Assembly (NCBI RefSeq): GCF_001194135.2
Contig: NC_069003.1
Span: 11,867,529 to 11,931,528, forward strand
Direction of reading: 5' to 3'
Length of the DNA: 64,000 nucleotides
From: Octopus bimaculoides
Lineage: Eukaryota
Position 1 is the stretch's first letter; each line of letters begins with the position of its first letter. The notes under the pieces are model-generated. The model was given only the letters and a program-made list of their open reading frames with translations, made no database searches and was not told the origin of the DNA. The position numbers were made by a program, and so were the translations under genes. Positions 1 to 11,551 of the stretch are shown here, in pieces.

Positions 1-446
1 AGACTAGGGCAGACGGTTAAGACAGGTAGACAGGCGACGGACAAAACCAGATAAACAAACAACAGGTGGCCAAACTGACAGAAAAGTCAGGGGACGTTGT
101 TTGTGAGTATGTGTGTATGTAATCAAAATAAACATTTTAAAGACTAACATGGAATGAGGTTCCAAGAAGGAGAGGACATACAGAGAGAGATCTAACAGAG
201 AGGAAAATTAAGCAGAGAGAGAAAGATATACACAAATACTTATAATTTTTGAAAGTATCGTTTGGTCACACGGATCAATTCAATATATTACTGGTAAATA
301 ATTAATAACAGGAAATGAAGATAGATATATAGATACACCCTAGTATAATATACATATATTAAAGTGAGTACGAGTGTGTGTAAAAATGTATGTATAAATT
401 CCCATACATAAATATAACCAGATTTATATAGAATTTATACACGAGG

Positions 447-487
<41 letters not shown>

Positions 488-1912
488 AAATAAAATCAGG
501 AGGTGTCCGTCTAAAGCATTTCTTTTCGAACATTAAGACAACCGATGTTAAAGGATTAGAAACGGTTTCGAAATCGGGTCGCGCCGTCATTTAATTACAA
601 CTATTTATTCCAAAATCTTAAACTCGAATTTAACAGGAAATGCCACCAGACACGGCAAATGTATAGCAAATATTTATATAGGCCTANNNNNNNNNNNNNN
701 NNNNNNNNNNNNNNNNNNNNNNNNNNNNNNNNNNNNNNNNNNNNNNNNNNNNNNNNNNNNNNNNNNNNNNNNNNNNNNNNNNNNNNNNNNNNNNNNNNNN
801 NNNNNNNNNNNNNNNNNNNNNNNNNNNNNNNNNNNNNNNNNNNNNNNNNNNNNNNNNNNNNNNNNNNNNNNNNNNNNNNNNNNNNNNNNNNNNNNNNNNN
901 NNNNNNNNNNNNNNNNNNNNNNNNNNNNNNNNNNATATATATATTGCAACTGTTAAGTTTTTACGAGTAGTTAGGTCGAATGATAGATAGTATACAGGTA
1001 GTTAAATGGAAACCTTTTAATAAAAAAAACATTCGCTATAAATGAGTTTTTCTTTCCGCATACTTGTAAAATAATTTTGAAAAGATAACATTTTTTCTTT
1101 TTCTCGATTATTCTAAATTTGCGAGAAAGTCTCCTCGCCCCTTTAAATCTTCGCACACACACATATATTATATATATATATATGTGTGTGTATATGTATA
1201 TGTATATACGCAAGCGCGCATATATATTATATATAGTTGTACTTCAATTATTTCAAGAGGAATGTAGTCGTTCTAAGTGTTAGAAATAGCAGTTAAAACT
1301 CTTTCGAAACACACTCTAGCGTCTTCTAGAAGGGAGGAACCATTAGTAAACAATCATGTGTATGTGTGTGCGCGCGAGTATATGCATATACGTATATGTA
1401 TGTATGTATGCACATTTATACAAGGAGAAAAGAAAGATTGATCACAACTAGAATGTTTTTGCTAAGATACTTTGCGATAAACTCAGAGTTAAACAACAAC
1501 TCTGCACATTCGGATGTGTATCAATTTCTAGACCCACATCTGATTTTTTTTCTGCTCATTTGTTTTGTTTTTTCTTTCCCCGCAATAAAAAAAAAACTTA
1601 AGAAGTCTGTTCTTGTTTCTCAGTCCTCAGTTCAGCCCCGATGGCGTAGATGTATGATCGAAGCCGTTCCAACCGCAACAGTCCCGGCTTTTTATATGCA
1701 TCATCATTAAAGGCTACATCATCAAATAAATCCTTTTCTTCACCCTCTTTTTTTTAAGAAACCGTGTGTGATTTGGGAGGGATTTAGCTGTTGTTTCTAA
1801 CAGATCAACTGACCTGCTCACTCAGCTAAGCAAAGAATAAATTTTTTAAAAAACGGTGAAGAAACGAAAGAAAAATAAAGCATACAAAAGAAGACGAAAG
1901 GATGATACTCAC

Positions 1913-2018
1913 CGATAAGGCCCCCAATTAAGAAGAATATAACCAGAGCAATGAATAAACATATCCCTAAAAAGGATAGCTTTCTCCAACTTAAAGTTTC
2001 CAGAACCACTCCGGTCAT
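1913..2018 (-). CDS. wls: Wntless (WLS/GPR177/Evi) first coding exon; gene continues off the left edge
   Basis: Translation MTGVVLETLSWRKLSFLGICLFIALVIFFLIGGLI matches the conserved Wntless N-terminus (M.G.ILE.LS.RKL...FL.GGL.AP). ATG in context caacATG at 2018-2016; 106 nt (35 codons + 1) then donor G|gtgagt at 1912. Confidence 0.9.
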
Positions 2019-2899
2019 GTTGCCGAGTCTTGCTTATGTATTTAATAATAATAATATTTATATATATATAAGCAATAATAAATTTCTGAGCGATATATAT
2101 ATATATATGTGTGTGTGTGTATTATTTATCACCACCGACTATATCGTTATCGTTCTCGATTCCGATATATATCTATATTTATATATCGTTTTACCAGAAA
2201 TTCTTTTAGATAGTCATCTGTCTATATTTGTGTATATATGCGTTGAGTATATATGTGTAGATATATCATATATAGTTATCACCACTATTTATTACAGATA
2301 TACATCTATATAGCAAGGTACTAATAAGATCGGTATCTGCACGTGTATACATATATATATCCTTGCTTTTTAGAGATAGGTATGTAGATAGATACATAGA
2401 CAGATAAGATGTGTATCAAGGAAGATGGTATACAAGACTAAATGTCGACGAAATAAGTGATCCAAGTGTGCCTTTACCCTTGCCAAGGCAGATCAAAATA
2501 CGTAATTTAGAAATAGCAATAATAATAATATGAAGAGAAAAAAAGCAAAAGGCGAATCAGAGGGCGAGGCAAGGCAAGGCACGACACGGACAGGCAAGTA
2601 GTTCAGAGGATATCCAGCCGGAGAATGTAGTGGGAAGAGTAGTCTTTGGACGTTGGAGTCGAAAAACTAGTAACTATATATATATAGATAGATAGATAGA
2701 TAATATATATATATATATATATAATGGAGTATTTACTCTGTGTATGAGTAGTATATACTGATATATAAATATATAAGCGTTGAAAAGTAAGTGGGGGCAA
2801 GTGAAGCAACAAAGCGACGGCCGATTAGCTTCATTCGGCTGTGCACGTCGTTGGGAATTGTTTGTACCCGATAGCCTTCTAGTGGCGCCCTCATCCCCT

Positions 2900-4385
2900 T
2901 TCCCTCCTCCTCTCTCTTTCTCTGCTTCTCCGTTTCCTTCTCTCTTTCCCTCCCTCTCTCTCTCTCTATTTATATATCTTTTTCTTTCTATATTTCTATA
3001 TTACTTTCTTCACCACCGAACACTTTTTCCTTCTACTCTGTCTCCTCAGCTTTATTTCTGTCATCATTATTTCTCATTTGTAAACTCCTTATTTTTCCAT
3101 TTTCTCTTTCTTCTTTCTCTCGGCCTTTCTCTGTCTCTCTTTCTCTATCTGCCTACGTCTCTCTCTCTCTCTCTCTCCTTCTCTGTACATATATTTGTTT
3201 CTTTCTCTATCACTTCATTATTATTTCTTTGCATTTCTATTCAACTCTAGTTTCAAACTCTCTATTTTCCATTTCCCTTTCTCTCTCTCTCTCTCACTTT
3301 TCTTACTCATTCTTCCTCTTATTCCTCTTCCCTCTTCTTTCTTCTTACTCATTTTCCTTCCGCCCTTTCACTTTCTTTTCTTATTTCCATCTTTATTTTT
3401 TTGGCATTTCTTTCGCCACCCCTCTATATTTTCCTTGTACCTTTTTCTCCTTCAGTCTCATTACATTCCCTTTCTCGTCATTCTTTTAATCAGACCGCTT
3501 TTCTCTCGATTTTATTTCTTTTTCTCTCGTTCTTTCTTTCTGTCTCTCACTTTTACTTTTTCACGATCCTTTTTTTCTTTCAGTTTCTTCTCATACTAAT
3601 CTTTCTCCCTTTCTCTCCTTTCATTTTCTATTTGCCCCTTTTTCTTTGTCTAACTCTCTTTTCCTTCAATTCTACCCCTATACTGCTCGTCATCCTTTTC
3701 TCAATCGTTCTTCCCTCTTTCATTTTCCTCTTTTTTTCTTTCCCTCTTCTCCTATCCGTTTCTCCTTTTCGTTTAGTTTATCATTTTTCTTCCTTCCCCT
3801 CCTAACTACCTTTACGCTATCTATATCTGTTTTTCTCTTCCACTATTTCTCCTTCTCATCTTTTTTCTCACATTTCTTTCATTCCACTTTCTTTCTCTCA
3901 CTTTTTTTAGTTTTTCTTCAGTCCCTGTTCTTTCTCTCTTGCCCTCTCTCTCTTCCTCCCTCCCCTCTCTCTCTAGCTCTCTTTCTCTTACAATCTTAGA
4001 ATTTTTTCTGACTTCTACCTTTTTCCTTCCGTCTCTCTAACTTCAAGTCAGTTTACCTCTTCTCTCTTTATCAATCCCTTCAATTCTCTCTCTCTCTCTC
4101 TCCTTGCTGGTCTGTATTATTCTCATTTCAATTCACATCTTTCCATCCTACCCACTCTTTGCATCTGACCTTTCTTTTTCACTATTTCGCCCATCTTCTC
4201 TAATATTCTCCTTCCTTCTCTGTCTCTATCAATTTCTTCTCTCTATTACACTGTCTTTCTCACTACTCCTCTCTCTCCCTTATCTATGGCTGCCTGTCTG
4301 TCTATTCTTTGCCTATTTCGCCTTTATTTCTCTATATTCTTTCTACTACCAATGTCTTTGTCTTATCTATTTAGCCAGCTTTCTG

Positions 4386-4432
<47 letters not shown>

Positions 4433-4541
4433 GTCTGTCAATCTGTCTATCTATCTATCTATCTATATCTATCTATCTATCTATTTATCTATCTATCTAT
4501 CCATCTATCTATCTATCTATATCTATCTATCTATCTATCTA

Positions 4542-4574
<33 letters not shown>

Positions 4575-4800
4575 ATATCTATCTATCTATCTATCTATTT
4601 ATATGGATTCTTAGCATTATACTTCGCTTTTTCTTTATATATCTTTCCTATATTCTTTCTACTTTACTTAAATTTTGTCTCTCTCCTCCCTCTTCATCCC
4701 TCCCACTCTCTCTATTCTTCACACTTTGTGTCACTAATTCTCCCTCCCTATCTGCTCTCTCTTTCTCTCTCTCTCTCTCTCTTCCTCCCCCTCCCTCGCA
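2900..4800. repeat. About 1.9 kb polypyrimidine/polypurine low-complexity tract including a (TATC)n microsatellite (about 4385-4600)
   Basis: Plus strand is almost entirely C/T with (CT)n runs; explains the spurious S/L/F-rich ORFs. Confidence 0.9.
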
Positions 4801-6293
4801 TTCACTCTTGCGCGCAATGAAAAAAAAATCAACTGGAAAGTAGAACGCTTCCATTTCTATCCAAAGGGGACAGGCATGTGCCGGGGCTTGTTTGTCTTGC
4901 TTGCTATATACTTGCTTGCAAACTTGCTTTTTTATTTTTTATGATTTTCTGTTTGTTTCACGTTTTCATTTTATATTTTATGTATTTTTCATCTCTATAG
5001 GGGTTGTTTGTCCTGGTATGTTTCTTTTTTTCCTTCTTTTTCTTTGAAAAACAAAGATTTGAATGGAAGAAAGAGGGGCGGCCTAGCTGACTTGATTGGT
5101 TGGGCGGCTGGCTTACTTGTCTTCAATGATTTTTTCTCCTTCTATATCTTTTACACTTCCCTTTATTTCTCATATATCTCTTTCCTTATTCTCCCTTATA
5201 TCTCCCACCTTTTCTCTCTCTCTCCTTTTTTTTTATCTCTCCCTCTTTTTCGTATCGAGTAAAAATTCTTGTCGACGATGTCGCGTCATGTTTTACTCAT
5301 TTCTTCATACCATGACTCGGTCAGACGGTATATAGAACTACATCCAGCATAAACCTAAATATTGATGCTTCTCTTACAGAATCTACTGCGCTATGTTTCG
5401 ACTTCATCTCCATGCATGTATTAAAATAAGTCGCGTTCAAAACTGCCTCAATCGACTTTGTCTTTCGTTCTTCCACAGCCGAAATAACAAATCTTATTCT
5501 CATTCAGTTGATTACATCTAATTTCTTTTCAGTGTTGTATATCGGGAGGGTCATTATACTAATAATAAACATATGTACTGGTTTTATTTCATTTCTTCGT
5601 TTGGGGGGGGGGGCTTTTTTTATAGTTTTGTTGTTTTTTGTCAGTTGGTTAACTGATTGTTCCGTTTGGCGACGAAAGGATTTTGGCAAGATTAGCTCAT
5701 TGATTGATTAATTGGCCGAACGATTAATCATCAACGAATTGATTAAATAGTTAACCAATTGACAAATAAAGAAGTGAAATAGAACCCTTGTGTGTGTGTT
5801 TAATACTGACATAATGACCCTCTCGAAATTTAACAAAATATGGTTCAACGTACGAGTTCATATGAAGAATCTTGCAAACCAAATACAAAAGCGAAATATT
5901 TTCAGTGGCTTTGGTCTTGAAGAAAGGGTTATGGTCATAGATCTTGCAGGACCTCCGACCAGGATCACTCATAAACTGGCGCATTGAGCGAACTAAACTT
6001 TGTTGCTTTTACAAATATAATTTTTAAGGATTTGATGGGGACGGTGGTTTCATACGACGGATAAATGATCCTTTCATACCCTAACATTGTTTAAAGAAGA
6101 AAAATTATACATACTAATAATAAATTTACTAATAAGCCTACTTTGCTAACAAAGTATAATCTCTATTATCTGGATAAATGAATATCAATTATAATAGCTC
6201 GTTAACCCTATCGTTTTCTGCTTGTTTACTGATGTTGGTAGAAAACGAAAATATCTTTCTAGAGTTACTGTAAAAATGATTAACAATGCATAG

Positions 6294-6652
6294 AGGCAGG
6301 CGTGGCTGTGTGGGAAGAAGCTTGCTTCTCAACCACATGATTCCAAGTACAGTCCTCCTGCGTAGCACCTTGGGCAAGTGTCTTCTATTATAGACCCGGG
6401 TCGATCAAAGATTTGTGGATTTGGTAGACGGAAACTGAAAGAAGCCCGCCGTATATATATTTGTGTGTGTGTGTGTGGTTGTCAACCACCACCGCTTGAC
6501 AACCAATGTTGGTGTGTTTACGCCTCCGTAACTTAGCAGTTCGGCAATAAAGACCGATAGAATAAGTACCAGACTAAAAAAAAAATACTGGAATTCTTCA
6601 AAGCGGTGTGCCCCAGCATGGCCGCAGTCTAATGGCTGAAACAAGATAAAAG
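6294..6652 (+). mobile_element. SINE family B (most abundant family here), full-length
   Basis: Head ggcgtggctgtgtgggaagaagcttgcttctcaaccacatg, internal (TA)(TG) microsatellite, tail ccagcatggccgcagtctaatggctgaaacaag; shared with more than 15 other copies in the window. Confidence 0.85.
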
Positions 6653-7758
6653 ACATTCACGAACAATTAGCAGAAGCTTTATTTACGGCACATAGTATTA
6701 TTTTTTTTTTAGTGTTGGTCTTTGGATGAAAAATAAAATCGACAATTATACACCGAAAGAGACATATTACTGGGGGCTACAGCAAAATAATTGGTATGTA
6801 TCAATCTGTCACTTGCCCATCACCACAAGGAAAATAATCGCGCTATATTCATGACAGCAAAATCTGTACCTTCTATCTGCAACGGCTGGTAAATGAAATG
6901 AGAATGGAGATGTTAAAGCGGTTGCCAAAACCCACCTTTTCATAGGGCTCATTAGAGAGTTCTAGAAAGTCGAATCACATGATGACTTGACGCTGATTGC
7001 TCGGTTAATCGGCCGATCCCGTGAAATAACAGTGATCTCGCAGTGGTGTGATTTGAATCTGCTACAAACCTTTTTTCACCAGCTGAATGACTTGACGCAG
7101 CAGACGACAGCAACTCATAAACTATATATATTTAGGGTGTTCGGCCTCAATTTGATGAGTTCCAGATTTGAGATTGCTACAAATAGTAGCCAAATGTTTC
7201 TCAATTCACAGAATTTTGTTTGATTTAAAAAAAATTTCTACTAAAAAGACGCATCAAGTAAAGGATTGTACAAGATTACGTAAAGAATATAGACGCTGAC
7301 GTGGTTGTGTGGTAAGAAACTTGCTTCCTAACCACATGGTTTCGAGTTCAATCTCGAGTGCACCAAACCTCGCGTGTGCGTATGCTCACATTTTTGTTGA
7401 TGTTTGTATGAGCGTGTTTACTCGTGCCATGCAGCTTGCGCGAGGGCGTTTATACATCCATATCTGTTAACGGTTATTTTCAATACTTTTCTCGCTGGAT
7501 TACTTGTTCGTTTCTCTTTTTGTCATCTGCAATTTCATTTTTGATCTTCTATATATATGCTTTTTACTCCATCTGGCTGTTTTTCTCTCTACAAAACGGG
7601 AAGTTACATTGTGGAACAGTCATTTTATTTATCAACCGACGAGATACATCTGCACCACCGGATGCTCCTGAACTAGTTGTTGAGTGTCCTACCTCGGAGG
7701 AATCGATGCTTGATGTATCGAAACAATTGTGATTAATAATTAATTCTCGTATATTCCA

Positions 7759-8600
7759 TGGATTTCATATACGAACTTCTGTTTGTTCAAGTTGCAATCC
7801 AGCAACTTTTACTGTTTGGCCCTGACTTTTATTAATGCTCATGTCAGAACCGAGAAGCTAGAAAAATGGGTATATCATATAGAAGAATAGCTTTACGGGA
7901 TCCATGTGACTGCGATAATACTGAAAAGGCCAAGTGGAACATCTATTTGTCACTGTTTCTTTTGACGTTTGAATAGGCGGTATATCTTGAACTAACGTAG
8001 AAGAATAGCTATATCATATACAAGAATAGCTTTAGGGAATCCAGGTGACTGTGTGGTGGCACTGAGAAGGCCACAGTTGAAGTGGAAGATCCATTTGTCT
8101 TGATTTCTTTTAACATTTGAATAGGCCGTATGCCCAAAGAGAATTGAAAGATTCAGTTTCAAATTTGAACCAGGGTGAGACTACGACCACAGATTTAGGC
8201 TTGCGCATGTCTCATCTTCGCTTTCTGCTGCACGTCGTGCGTTTGTTTGGTGTCCATTTTTTGACGGTCTTTTCTTTAGGAGACATTTTTTTTTATTAGG
8301 AATATCAGTAAATAATAGTGAAATGAAATTACAAATGCTATATCCTGTCGATGTTAGTGCAGAAATTCCGACGCTCCATATTACAGGAATGGAAGGCAAG
8401 GCAACAGTAAGTAATAGTCCAATGAAATTACAAATGCTGTGTCCTGTTTCCTAGTCCTGTATGTGTGTATTATATAAGAGAAAAACATGTAACAATTGAA
8501 GTAGAAAAAAGATGGATTTCATATACAAACTTCTGTTTGTTCTTCAAGTTGCAATCCAGCAACTTTTAGTGTTTGGCCCTGACTTTCATTAATGCTCATG
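7759..8600. repeat. Cluster of short local duplications
   Basis: About 85 bp tggatttcatatac...attaatgctcatg at 7759 and 8513; gaatagcttta..gtgactg units at about 7880 and 8020; cagtaa.taatagt..aatgaaattacaaatgct units at about 8305 and 8405. Confidence 0.65.
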
Positions 8601-9229
8601 GCAAAAGAAAGTGGGAAGCTGTAAGGGCTTAAATTTGGATGGGACATTAGATGGTATAACTGGTATGCGAGGTACGAAGACAGTGTCACGTTTACCGCAA
8701 AGCAGTGAGAATATTTGCCTCAATGCAGTTCCTCATAAGTTTGTGCACAATTAGTATTACCTCCCTTGAACCAGTTACTTTCACTTTATGGGACAAACAA
8801 ACACACAAACGGACAAAATTTTTCTTTTATATATATATATAGATATATCGTTGCTGTTATGCAAAAAATGTCGTAAGTCCAAAATGTTGCTTTTTCAGAA
8901 AACGAAAATGTAGTTTCATCATTCCATTTCTTTTTACATTATCAACAGTTTCAGCTTAACAATTGTACTTTGTTGGGTGCATAAAATCGTAACTCCATGC
9001 ATGTATGATATTTTTAGTCGGAAATATTTTTGAAAAACTGTCGTATGTGGGGCTTACTACACTTTTGAAAAATGCTAAACCGTTGTACTACACTTTGACA
9101 ATTTTCATCTGAAGCAGCTGGAGATATGATAGTTTGATCAAAAGAACCGACTATTGCAAGCAAAATTAAATATTGAAAAAAAAACGCATTCGGCCAAATT
9201 TAGTTTTGACATACATACATATATATAAC

Positions 9230-9425
9230 GATATATGTGTGTGTATGTTGTGTCTGTGTTTGCTCCCCCCCTTGACAACAGATGCTAGTGTGTTTACGTC
9301 CCCGTAACTTAGCAGTTTGGCAAAAGAAACCGATATAATAAGTACTTGGGTCGATACATTCGACTAAAATTTTAAGGCGGTGTCTTAGCATGGCCGCAGT
9401 CTGATTACCGAAACAAGTAAAAAAA
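9230..9425 (+). mobile_element. SINE family B, 3' half
   Basis: cttgacaacagatgctagtgtgtttacgtccccgtaacttagc...gcatggccgcagtctgattaccgaaacaag. Confidence 0.7.
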
Positions 9426-9449
9426 TGAACGATATACAAGGTTTTGTAA

Positions 9450-9915
9450 TCTGAGGTAGGGTCTGTGAAAACACAGGATGGTCACAGATAGAGTGCCTGT
9501 GATCGTAGATCTGCTCGACCAGGACGTACGTGAGCCAATCAGCAACAATAATGAGTAGACAGGGAAAAGACTGGAGGATAAAAAAGACTTGAGAGTACGA
9601 CGTGTCCGGACTATCAAACTGCATCACGTACGATAGCTGCTATCTTGGTCTCGGCTGATACCGCCAACTGGACGCTCGAAGGAAGGTGAGGCTTGTTTTC
9701 TCTGTACGGTAGCAGTGTTGAAAGAGTGCATATGGAGGACAAGAATGGAAGGTTTTGTGACAGGGTCCTATATATCCGGCCCCGGTTTGCTGAGTTACTT
9801 CAGATATCATCTGAAAAGCAAGATGGGGCTGGAAAAGAGGACACTGTCAGCTAGAGTATATGAGCAAAGATGGAAGGAAGTGATGAAAAAGGTGGGTGCT
9901 AGTTGCCCAAATTAA
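9450..9915 (+). mobile_element. Degenerate C-terminal fragment of a probable L1/Tx1-type LINE ORF2
   Basis: Reads ...EACFLCTVAVLKECIWRTR...LLSYFRYHLKSKMGLEKRTLS...RW, resembling the post-RT C-terminal region of Tx1-like elements; assignment from recalled similarity only. Confidence 0.45.
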
Positions 9916-10339
9916 CCATCGAAGAAATAAAAAGTGATCTGCTGGGCCTTATAGGCTGCTCGGTTAGAGAATTGAATTTCTGTATTATTTTTAAAATAAG
10001 AACAAAAAACTGATCTGTTCAAGTTCTCAATTTTATTGCAAGTTCTCATTTGTAATTTATTAAATTGTACATAATAGTTAAAATCAAATTGTAAAGAAGC
10101 ACGATCTCATTCCTTCTGTGTAATTGTCTGTCCTGTGCCGTCCTCATCTATGTTTGATCTGTAGTGATCATAATAAAGATTTTAGCTACTATCTTGGTCT
10201 CGGCTGCTTCCCACAACCGTCCGGTTTCGAACCTCCATCACTTAAACGTTCCCAATCCACTTGTTTCTCCATCCATCTCTCGTTATCCTTGTTGCAGCTA
10301 ACGTTCCTTTTCTCCGCACTAATTGTGTAGCCAATCCAA

Positions 10340-10846
10340 AATATACAAAATATACAAGTATACGAAGTTTGAAAGTGTTTCGGTACCAAAACACTACATA
10401 AAACATTAATGAAAAATGTTGCCCGTCAAACCAAAAAGATCCCCCTAACCGCAATCCTAAAACTAACCCTAACTCTAAAACCCGAACCCTAACCCTAAAA
10501 CCCTAAAGCTAAAACCAGTACAAACGCACGAACGATGTCATAAATAAGAGTAACACGGGTAGTTGTTGTTGACAAACGGCACTAATTTTATTCAAGGGAA
10601 AAGATCCCATGACACCGTTGTTTATATTCCACGGCATTAAATGTTTTCACCTCAATAGACGTCAGTGATTGGTTGAAATTACCGAAATACGACAACTTTT
10701 TACATGAAATAACTTCGAATATGAAAATTTTTTATCTGTTCTATAATACAAAATATACAAGTATACGAAGTTTGAAAGTGTTTCGGTACCAAAAGCACTA
10801 CATAAAGCATTAATGAAAAATGTTGCCCGTCAAACCAAAAAGATCC
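10340..10846. repeat. About 100 bp direct repeats (10340-10441, 10743-10846) enclosing a degenerate (CCCTAA)n tract; probable non-autonomous element
   Basis: aatatacaaaatatacaagtatacgaagtttgaaagtgtttcggtaccaaaa...aaaaagatcc occurs twice; cctaaaactaaccctaactctaaaacccgaaccctaaccctaaaaccctaa at about 10455-10510. Confidence 0.7.
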
Positions 10847-11182
10847 ACCAATCCTTCTTTCCTAGAACATCATCATCAACCCCTTGGTATTACTGTTATA
10901 GAACCGATTATTCGGTTTTGATGGCATATAAGTGACCAAGATCACAACCTTGTTCATTGAAAGAGACAACAGCATGTCGCAGGGTTACTCTTTTACAGCT
11001 GATTGGACTAGAGCAACGTGAAATGAAGTGTTTTGTTTATGAACACAACTTACCACGGAGATCTGGAATCGACCCCACGATCTTGCGATCGTGAGTACAA
11101 CACCCTAACCACTGCAATCTCCCACTCTGCCCATGTCTTTCCTACAGGCGTTGGCTTGCAACAGTTTATCTCTCCTCTCTGT

Positions 11183-11551
11183 GGAGGCGCAATGGCCCAG
11201 TGGTTAGGGCAGCGGACTAGCGGTTTCGATTCCCAGACCGGGCGTTGTGAGTGTTTATTGAGCGAAAACACCTAAATCTCCACGAGGCTCCGGCAGGGGA
11301 TGGTGGCGAACCCTGCTGTACTCTTCCACCACAACTTTCTCTCACTCTTACTTCCTGTTTCTGTTGTGCCTGTAATTCAAAGGGTCAGCCTTGTCACACT
11401 GTGTCACGCTGAATATCCCCGAGAACTACGTTAAGGGTACACGTGTCTGTGGAATGCTCAGCCACTTGCACGTTAATTTCACGAGCAGGCTGTTCCGTTG
11501 ATCGGATCAACTGGAACTCTCGACGTCGTAAACGACGGAGTGCCAACAACA
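11183..11551 (+). mobile_element. SINE family A (tRNA-derived head), full-length
   Basis: Pol III A-box tggcccagtgg and B-box-like ggtttcgattcc; (AAC)n tail; near-identical copies at 21880 and 40769. Confidence 0.9.

Noticed and set aside
540-585. CCGATGT-TAA AGGA TTA-GAAACGGTTTC hammerhead-like string
   Set aside because: A9 is replaced and there is no stem I pairing; explained as a short palindrome.
5321-5987. Short ORFs upstream of wls (e.g. MKNLANQIQKRNIFSGFGLEERVMVIDLAGPP)
   Set aside because: No recognisable homology or coherent splice structure. A possible 15-nt micro-exon at 5001-5015 has no partner exons.
11183-11250. tRNA-like sequences at SINE heads (also 21880, 41118 and the family B/C heads)
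   Set aside because: No complete cloverleaf or anticodon arm; they are followed by SINE bodies, so they are not tRNA genes.
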